NCBI GenBank assembly: GCA_963668315.1
Contig: OY764216.1
Span: 5,536,001 to 5,600,000, forward strand
Length of the DNA stretch: 64,000 bases
From: Spirochaetia bacterium
GTDB taxonomy: Bacteria > Spirochaetota > Spirochaetia > DSM-2461
Reading direction: 5' to 3'
Within the stretch, counting starts at the first letter, position 1; every line of letters begins with the position of its first letter. Both the position numbers and the translations under genes were made by a program. Positions 57,640-64,000 of the stretch are shown piece by piece. Below the pieces are notes generated by a model that had not been told where the DNA came from, made no database searches, and worked only from the letters and a program-made list of their open reading frames with translations.

Positions 57640-58719
57640 ATGCAACGTATCACTCTGACGGTCTGGATCCTGTTGATGTCTGTGACGGTTCCCTATGCGC
57701 TGAGCGAAGATTCAGCCGCGGAACAGAAAACTCCGGAACTGCCGATGCGGGACGACTTCGATTCGAAACTCTCCCTTCCCTGGAACATCGTTCGGCCTGA
57801 TCCAACCCATGTGTCGCTTGAATCGCATCCCGGCAAGCTGACGATCACGACCCAATTCGGTTCGATTCACATGGCCAAGACGAGCGCCAAGAATCTCTAC
57901 TTCCTCGATGTCCCCGACGGGTTGACGGACTTCGTGGTTACCACATGTGTGGAAGACTTCCTGCCCATAAAATCGTGGCAGCAGGCGGGCATCATGTTTC
58001 ACAACGATGACGACACCTTCATCAAATGGGTCCGCGACTACACCGGACAGGGCTATCCCGTTATGAACGTGAACTGGGAAATCAACGGGGAAAACAAGGG
58101 GGTCCACTCGTCCATCGAAGTAAGCAAGAAGCAGTTCTGGCTGCGGACGATCAAGCGAGGGAACGTCTACCAGTTCCTCGCGAGCGAAGACGGGAAGACC
58201 TGGACCACCCACTTCGTGGTTCCCTGGGGCGACGGCAAGTTGAAGAAGGTGGGCCTCGTCGCGAAGAACGGGCCAACGCAAGGCGACATGGAGGCCCAGT
58301 TCGACTTCTTCGAACTCCGCCGGCCCACCAAGCAGGAGTTGGACGATCCGGTCTATCCGCTACGCCGGGCCTTGTGGGGCAGTTGGAAAGCGGTCGAGCG
58401 GAAGATCAACGGAAAGGAGGTTGCGAAGGGGCCCGTCACGCAACTGAGCATTGTCCCAGGGCGGATGACCCTGAAAGAAAAACGCGCCCTGCCCTGCGCC
58501 TACACGGTTGACCTGACCGTAACCCCCAACCGCATTACGCTGTACCCCCTGAATCTCGGCGTCGGACCCCAGCTCAACGGACTGTTTGCTCTTGACGGCG
58601 ACACGCTCACGCTCTGCCTCAACCCCAAGCCGGGCGGGGAAACCCCCGGTACTCTGGAGCCCCAGGAGGGCGACGGGAGTCTGTTCATGAAGTTGGAGCG
58701 GGACAAGGCCGCGAAATAG
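57640..58719 (+). CDS. Exported ConA/DUF1349-like beta-sandwich plus TIGR03067-like domain
   Basis: RDDFD, WQQAGI, SEDGKTW, VGLVA, FDFF; LWGSWKAV...LDGDTLTLC...FMKLER; RBS AGGAG. Confidence 0.75.
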   Translation: MQRITLTVWILLMSVTVPYALSEDSAAEQKTPELPMRDDFDSKLSLPWNIVRPDPTHVSLESHPGKLTITTQFGSIHMAKTSAKNLYFLDVPDGLTDFVVTTCVEDFLPIKSWQQAGIMFHNDDDTFIKWVRDYTGQGYPVMNVNWEINGENKGVHSSIEVSKKQFWLRTIKRGNVYQFLASEDGKTWTTHFVVPWGDGKLKKVGLVAKNGPTQGDMEAQFDFFELRRPTKQELDDPVYPLRRALWGSWKAVERKINGKEVAKGPVTQLSIVPGRMTLKEKRALPCAYTVDLTVTPNRITLYPLNLGVGPQLNGLFALDGDTLTLCLNPKPGGETPGTLEPQEGDGSLFMKLERDKAAK

Positions 58720-58736
58720 CAGCCACCCACGAACTA

Positions 58737-58898
58737 GGCTCTGTTTCAAAACTCAAGGTGTCGGGCTTCGAGCGGCTGCACGAGCCATCCGCTGCGTTGT
58801 CCTGCATCGACATATGTCCAATATGCCTGCTTCGGACGCCTTGCGGACTGGCTCGTTCGCTCGCTCTCGGGCGTGCGGCAGACTTCTGAAACAGAGCC
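58737..58898. mobile_element. 162-bp MITE, copy B
   Basis: Same ends, TA flanks and orientation as copy A. Confidence 0.88.
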
Positions 58899-59386
58899 TA
58901 GGCCGTCAATTCGTAGACGGGTTCATCATCGGCTCGCGGCTCGTCCGCGAGCCGTTTCTCGTCTCGAACCCAGTCGTCGTGCGTGTAGATCACCACGCTC
59001 GTGTCCGTCTCCCGGATTTCCAACCGGTCGAGCCGAAAACCGAAGTCGGTGATCTCCGTGAACAGCTTGCAGGCCAGGTTTTCGACCGACGTGGGACCCT
59101 CGAACCGCTTCATCTTGAGACATTCGCCCGTCCGCTGGGTGTGATGGGCAAGCGTCTCATAGAGGGGATCGTTCACGTTGATCAGCAGGCCGTGGTCGTA
59201 CTCCTCCTTCAGAAAGGGCTCGATCACGTCGTCGAAGTCGCCGAAGAGGGTGGACACGGCGCCCTTGCGCTGCACCTCGAAGAAACACGAGATGCCGTAA
59301 CGATGCCCGTGGAGGTTGCGACACTTGTCGGCCAGTTCCTCGTTTCGATGGGCGGCGTAGAACTTGTAGTCTTTGCGAATGATCAT
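58898..59386 (-). CDS. queD: 6-carboxytetrahydropterin synthase (PTPS/QueD family)
   Basis: AAHR, CRNLHGH, YDH, TSVENLA, RET. Confidence 0.85.
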   Translation of the reverse strand: MIIRKDYKFYAAHRNEELADKCRNLHGHRYGISCFFEVQRKGAVSTLFGDFDDVIEPFLKEEYDHGLLINVNDPLYETLAHHTQRTGECLKMKRFEGPTSVENLACKLFTEITDFGFRLDRLEIRETDTSVVIYTHDDWVRDEKRLADEPRADDEPVYELTA

Positions 59387-59406
59387 CTCCGAGCCCTCCG
59401 GTTCGG

Positions 59407-60042
59407 TCACGATTTGTGAATCAACGCCATAATCTCGGCGCGGCTTGCCGGGTTCTCGCGGAAGACGCCTCGCAGCGCGCTGGTGACCGTCGAACTTCCG
59501 GGTTTCTTGACCCCCCGTATCGACATGCACGAGTGTTCCGCTTCGATAACGACGGCGACACCGGCCGTCTGCAGCTCGGTCTCGACCAGGTTGGCTACCG
59601 TTTCGGTCATCCGTTCCTGGACCTGGGGCCGCCGGGCGACCTCTTCCACGACCCGGGCCAGCTTGCTCAGCCCGGTCACACGCCCGTTGGGCAAGTAGGC
59701 CACGTGGGCCACGCCCTGAAACGGCAGCAGGTGGTGTTCGCACATGCTCGTGAACGGAATATCCCGTACCAACACAACCTCGTCGTAAGTTTCGGGAAAG
59801 GTCACGTGGAGATGGCGTGCCGGATCCGTCTTCAGCCCGGCGAACATCTCCGCATACATCTTGGCAACGCGGCGGGGCGTCTCCTGCAAGCCCGGCCGGT
59901 CCGGATCTTCTCCGACAGCCTTCAGAATCGTTCTGACTGCCCCCTTGATGGCCTCCAGGTCAACCGCTCCGGCCGAATCGGTTCCAGGGTTGGGACGGGT
60001 TCGAGCCAAAGGGGTTTCCGGATACTGCAACGCTCGCAACAT
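59407..60042 (-). CDS. folE: GTP cyclohydrolase I (type IA)
   Basis: [47 protein letters not shown]. Confidence 0.96.
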   Translation of the reverse strand: MLRALQYPETPLARTRPNPGTDSAGAVDLEAIKGAVRTILKAVGEDPDRPGLQETPRRVAKMYAEMFAGLKTDPARHLHVTFPETYDEVVLVRDIPFTSMCEHHLLPFQGVAHVAYLPNGRVTGLSKLARVVEEVARRPQVQERMTETVANLVETELQTAGVAVVIEAEHSCMSIRGVKKPGSSTVTSALRGVFRENPASRAEIMALIHKS

Positions 60043-60126
60043 GACGATCGCTCCTTTGTTCGGTTTTCGCACGCATTCTTGGTCTCTTCTCCATCGGTAT
60101 CTGGAGCAATCATCGCGTCGCAGCTG

Positions 60127-60152
60127 TTTTTGACAACAGGAGTTGCTAAAAA
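60127..60152. promoter_or_regulatory. Imperfect palindrome upstream of folE-queD
   Basis: TTTTTGACAAC-AGGA-GTTGCTAAAAA, 9 of 11 positions symmetric. Confidence 0.45.
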
Positions 60153-60311
60153 TATGCGAGCGGAGCATGCTCCCTGTCTTGAAGTCTCGACGTAACCGAC
60201 TGTTAAATCGCTTGTTACGTCATCAAGAAGGCCGCGCCCAAGTCATCCTTCTTCGGGAAAGCCACATCCCGGAGAACGCTGGACATCTGAAAATTCGTCC
60301 AAACCGTTCGG

Positions 60312-61139
60312 CTATCGCGGTACGGGGATGTCGCGTTGAGAGAAGACCAGGCCCGCGAGGGCGTAGGCGATCAGGCCCACGCCGAGGAGGATGCTGTTGA
60401 GGTTGAGCGACGCGGTCCAAGGGTGGTCGCTCTCGAGGATCAATCCCGGGGGATCGAAGGCCGTGAGAAAGCTCAGGTAGCCCAGCCACTCGCCGGGCTT
60501 CCACATGGAGGCCACCATGTCGAGGAGGATTGATACGACAAGGAATCCACCGGCGAGGCACATGGTTCTCCATCGGTTCCGATCGAACGCGGAAAACAGC
60601 GTGGTGATCCCTGCGAAGCAGAAGGTCATGAAGAACAGGTTCACGGCGCCGGGAAGGAAGTCGGATGCAGCGACGGGGCCGCCTTCGAGCTGGACGGTGG
60701 CGACTCCCAGACAGTTCCCCAGCCACGTGCTTAGCGCGAGCAGGGCCGCGCCGAGGGAAGCAACGGTCCCCACGGCTACAACGATCGTATAACGCCGGAT
60801 GGGCAACGTGAGGAGCAACTCGTAGGTACCGGCCGAAATTCCCCCGCTCACGGCGGACGAGCCCCGGGCAATCGCCCAGCCGTAGCAGATCAGCAGGGTA
60901 ATCAGGTGCAGGTAGAGGATGCTGATTCGACCGCGGGGCGTGACGAACTGCTCCAGGGGGACGCCGACCAGATCCTGTACGAAGTCGGGCAGAAGCGTGA
61001 GGAAGCCGGCAATTGCCCCCATTTTGAAGAGGCTTTGGAACCAGACAAAAAACCAGCCAAACAGGAGCAGGAGGAGGCAACTCACCAGCAATTGGCCGCG
61101 GGCGTCGTTGATGGCCTTTTTCCAGACGGCAGCGTTCAT
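60312..61139 (-). CDS. ABC-2 type transporter permease
   Basis: Six hydrophobic segments, GTYELLLTLPIRR, C-terminal FSQRDIP. Confidence 0.85.
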   Translation of the reverse strand: MNAAVWKKAINDARGQLLVSCLLLLLFGWFFVWFQSLFKMGAIAGFLTLLPDFVQDLVGVPLEQFVTPRGRISILYLHLITLLICYGWAIARGSSAVSGGISAGTYELLLTLPIRRYTIVVAVGTVASLGAALLALSTWLGNCLGVATVQLEGGPVAASDFLPGAVNLFFMTFCFAGITTLFSAFDRNRWRTMCLAGGFLVVSILLDMVASMWKPGEWLGYLSFLTAFDPPGLILESDHPWTASLNLNSILLGVGLIAYALAGLVFSQRDIPVPR

Positions 61140-61303
61140 GATGAAAATGGGGGAGTGGAAGGAGTTGCCAATTCAGCCCATTCCATCAGTCTATCCGAAA
61201 GGGAGCATGGCGTCTTGGAGGACACCAGTCGGGTCGGTATGATGCGGCGACTGACGTTTTTTCTATACCAACTAGCATCCTTTCGATAGAAAGCCGGGTT
61301 CAA

Positions 61304-61807
61304 ATGGACTCCCCCCTGGAACTTGCGATCAAGCAGATCGCTTTCGCCCGATCGTACACGCTGGAATTAGTGGAAGGGCTTGAGGACGATCTTTGGTTTG
61401 TCATGCCCGAAGGGGCTGTCACGCACATTGGCTGGCAGATGGCCCATCTGGCCATGGCCCAGTACGGCCTGTGCCTTTTCAGGCAGCGAGGTCGTGCCGA
61501 CGTGGATCGAGAGCTGCTCCCGAGGGGGTTCGTTCAGAAATACGGAAAAGGCTCGACACCAACCCCCTCCGTGGAGGAGAATATCCCCCCCGAAGAGATT
61601 CGGGGCCTGCTTCAACGAATTCACGAGCAGGCGAACCTGGAGATGCCCGGGTTTTCCGAGGCGCAGTTGAGCGAGCCCATGGACATGCCCTATGCGGTTT
61701 ACCCGACCAAGTTGGGCAGCCTGCTTTTTTGCTCCCATCACGAGTTTCTTCACGCTGGACAGATCGGTTTTCTCCGTCGTCTCTTGGGCAAAGAGCCGAT
61801 TCGATAG
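61304..61807 (+). CDS. DinB/YfiT-like family protein
   Basis: HIGWQMAHLA, HHEFLHAGQI. Confidence 0.85.
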   Translation: MDSPLELAIKQIAFARSYTLELVEGLEDDLWFVMPEGAVTHIGWQMAHLAMAQYGLCLFRQRGRADVDRELLPRGFVQKYGKGSTPTPSVEENIPPEEIRGLLQRIHEQANLEMPGFSEAQLSEPMDMPYAVYPTKLGSLLFCSHHEFLHAGQIGFLRRLLGKEPIR

Positions 61808-61921
61808 AAAGACGGGTTTTCATGAAGATTGCCCGACGCTGGCCATTGATGGAGAATGGACCCACATTACGTCGGCTTGCGTAACCTGAACTAGTGCCCT
61901 GTCAACCTTGGAATTTTGGGG

Positions 61922-61948
61922 GCCACGGGCTGCTTGTCAGCCAGTGCC
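61922..61948. repeat. Single REP-like unit
   Basis: GCCACGGGCTGCTTGTCAGCCAGTGCC imperfect hairpin, related to the arm at 34693. Confidence 0.45.
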
Positions 61949-62039
61949 AACACGTTACATCGAGGCGCCCCCTTCAATTCGTAAACGTGGCGGAGCACTA
62001 GGGTTCCCTGACCTGGCAGATTTTGCGGAGAACGCCATT

Positions 62040-62822
62040 GTGCTGAAGCTCATCCAAGCACTCAATAGCCTCCTCGGGATGCTTCTGGCAGTTGTGCTCG
62101 TTGTCTTGCTGGCCGCGGGCGGCTGGTATGCCTACCAGAACTACTACGCCGCGAAATTCGAGTTGGAAGCCGAATTGGCAGCCAGTCAGGAGGAAGTCGA
62201 CCGTCTTGAAAAGGACCTGGAAACGAAACGCCATGAGATTGCCCGTCTGGGCACGGCCTTGAAGTTCATGAAGGTGGACCAGCGACTGGCCCGAATCACG
62301 GTTCTCTCCCAAAGCGGATCCGCCGAGGCGGGGAATCTCTCGACTCGCTTCAGCTTTGTCGAGGTCGATCGCCACGGCAAGCCCCTCGGCGATCCTCGCG
62401 TCTTCAACATTGAGGGCGACCTGGCCTACATCGATTCCTGGGTGATCAAGTTCGGCGACGAGTATGTGGAAAAAGGCGATTCGCTTCGAGCCGCCTCGAT
62501 CTGCCTCTTCCGCCGCGTATTCGGGGAGAAACAACTTCCGGCAGACGGCTTCCGCCTGGATGAAGAAGGAAGGCAGCCCTCCGTTTATCGGACGGGCGAG
62601 GAGATGTCGGACTTCGAGAAAGACCTTTGGTCCCGCTTCTGGGACTACGCCAATGATCCTGCCCTTGCCCAGGAGATGGGCGTTCGTGCGGCCCACGGCG
62701 AAGCGCCTTCAATCCAACTTCGCCCCGGAAAAAGCTACCGCATTGAACTCCGAGCCTCGGGCGGTATCTCCGTGGTCCCCGAAGAAAGCCCAAAGGTTCA
62801 GGATACCTCACTGCTCAACTGA
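62040..62822 (+). CDS. Membrane-anchored coiled-coil hypothetical protein
   Basis: TM, coiled coil, then a globular domain; GTG start after GGAG. Confidence 0.75.
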   Translation: MLKLIQALNSLLGMLLAVVLVVLLAAGGWYAYQNYYAAKFELEAELAASQEEVDRLEKDLETKRHEIARLGTALKFMKVDQRLARITVLSQSGSAEAGNLSTRFSFVEVDRHGKPLGDPRVFNIEGDLAYIDSWVIKFGDEYVEKGDSLRAASICLFRRVFGEKQLPADGFRLDEEGRQPSVYRTGEEMSDFEKDLWSRFWDYANDPALAQEMGVRAAHGEAPSIQLRPGKSYRIELRASGGISVVPEESPKVQDTSLLN

Positions 62823-63433
62823 CAATGATCGCGACTCCAGAAAGCTGCAATCCGACCGATGGACTCAACCATTTGGTCGAAACCCTTTGCCTTCGTCACA
62901 AATGCGTTCGCCCCCGCGGATAGACACGTCCGTGCTAACTCGTCATTGGTGGCAGACGTAAGCACGACCACGGGAATCGCGGCAAGCGTTGGCGTCTGTC
63001 GGATCTTGCAAAGCACCTCCATCCCCGGTATGTCCGGCAGGTTCAGGTCCAGGAGGACGAGCGAGGGCACGATCCGTGGCGGCGCGTCGTTCTCCGGCAG
63101 AAGGGCATCGACGGCCTCCGACCCCTGCTTGACCACGGTGACCGAGGGCAGCCGGGCCATGGCGAGGGAATGGGCGATCAAGGCTGCCTGATCCGGATCA
63201 TCCTCGACCACCAGGACAGGAAATTCCCGCCCGGAATCGGTCCCACTTCCTGCGCTCGCGGCAACGCGGTCTTTCGTGGCGTCTTCCGGGGCGATTTCGT
63301 CTCGCCAGATCCGAAGACTGCTGGGGGCATCGACACCGATCTTCACGTGCTGCTTTCGAATGGCAAGGACCTTGATCGTGATGTCCGGGCCAATTCGGAT
63401 CGATGAATCGCAATCGCGAGAGAGAACCAGCAT
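62798..63433 (-). CDS. CsrA/RsmA domain fused to a receiver domain
   Basis: MLVLSR...IRIGPDITIKVL...VKIGVDAP...IWRDEI, then VLVVEDD, LLDLNLPD, VLTS, GANAFVTK; RBS GAGGAGG. Confidence 0.9.
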   Translation of the reverse strand: MLVLSRDCDSSIRIGPDITIKVLAIRKQHVKIGVDAPSSLRIWRDEIAPEDATKDRVAASAGSGTDSGREFPVLVVEDDPDQAALIAHSLAMARLPSVTVVKQGSEAVDALLPENDAPPRIVPSLVLLDLNLPDIPGMEVLCKIRQTPTLAAIPVVVLTSATNDELARTCLSAGANAFVTKAKGFDQMVESIGRIAAFWSRDHCQLSSEVS

Positions 63434-64000
63434 GTCTCCCTCCTCTACTGCATGAAATGCCTCAGAGAAACGGCATTTGGAAAAACTCGCCCTGCTTTGG
63501 GAGACCCCAAATCATCCACCCCAACAACTCACCGAGATAAGCCCACCAGGATAAAATACCCTTGCCACATTCTAGGGGATCGCATGAGAACGGGCAATGT
63601 TTTTGTCTCCTCAAAAACGACTTTCTTGGTCAGACGTTTCACGGCAACTCCATCGTAGCCGAATGTATAGCGACTTTCTGGCTGGCCCTCGCCGAGACAA
63701 AGCGGAAGACACTCCGATTCGCCCAATTGCCCACGAGCCACAAAAGTGTCTGAAAGACATTCGGCTCCGTCCTTGAGCCATCGCTCGATTCCCCGTGCCG
63801 CCCGGATTTCGCCTAATGGCCCCCAAGGTCTTCGAGAAATCAAATGGATTCGGGGGTCGGCCAGAAACTCGCAGGGTGAAAAACGCACCGAATGCAAGAG
63901 GATTTGGCACGCCGATTGACTCGTCCTTCTTTCCCGTCGCAACACGACTCGTAGAATTCGCGTGCATTTCGGACAACAGCAAGGCAAAGTTTGCCCGGAC

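Noticed and set aside
58898..59743. 281-aa N-terminally extended QueD
   Set aside because: The extension overlaps folE in another frame; the likely start is ATG at 59386
58898..60042. 7-deazaguanine DNA modification (dpd) island
   Set aside because: No dpdA/tgt-like, queC or queE genes in the window
60043..60311. preQ1 or THF-II (folE) riboswitch
   Set aside because: Consensus elements not recognisable by eye; an Rfam scan is needed to exclude it fully
63905..63920. Sigma54 promoter TGGCACGCCGATTGAC
   Set aside because: The -12 element is GA rather than GC and the target gene would lie outside the window
63434..64000. ORFs 63529-63987 and 63611-63982, or a CsrB-like sRNA
   Set aside because: No recognisable motifs or RBS, atypical composition, and no run of GGA hairpins

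Overview
High-GC bacterial DNA whose gene content points to a Planctomycete, probably Pirellulales-like (DUF1559 prepilin-type proteins, DUF1598, a TIGR03067-like domain, a sulfatase, a hydrazine-synthase-like/FGE fusion). In order, the window holds: a 9.7-kb HDOD/PAS-kinase/HD-GYP signalling cluster; a XylR-type regulator opposite a Tat oxidoreductase-DUF1559-lipoprotein-PfpI cluster; a NamZ-like hydrolase; an FHA-GAF-sigma54 activator; uxaC; an ECF sigma factor with a 2164-aa FecR-VIT-vWA partner; a 3-kb mosaic cargo region; an RND efflux system; a sulfatase; folE-queD; and a CsrA-receiver fusion. No rRNA, tRNA or CRISPR array was seen. Best leads: (1) a secreted protein whose apparent TGA stop (57264) is followed by a SECIS-like hairpin, an in-frame Cys and 56 more sense codons ending just before the terminator, i.e. 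a candidate unannotated selenoprotein; (2) a 182-bp inverted-repeat element, apparently an internal deletion of a Y1/RAYT-like transposase gene that kept its promoter, punctuating an array of foreign-looking cargo genes at 34.0-37.3 kb; (3) two 162-bp MITEs whose TA borders coincide with TAG stop codons and which bracket the selenoprotein locus; (4) the CsrA-REC fusion; (5) a secretin-like segment inside the anti-sigma protein. All family assignments come from motif recognition by eye; no database search was run.
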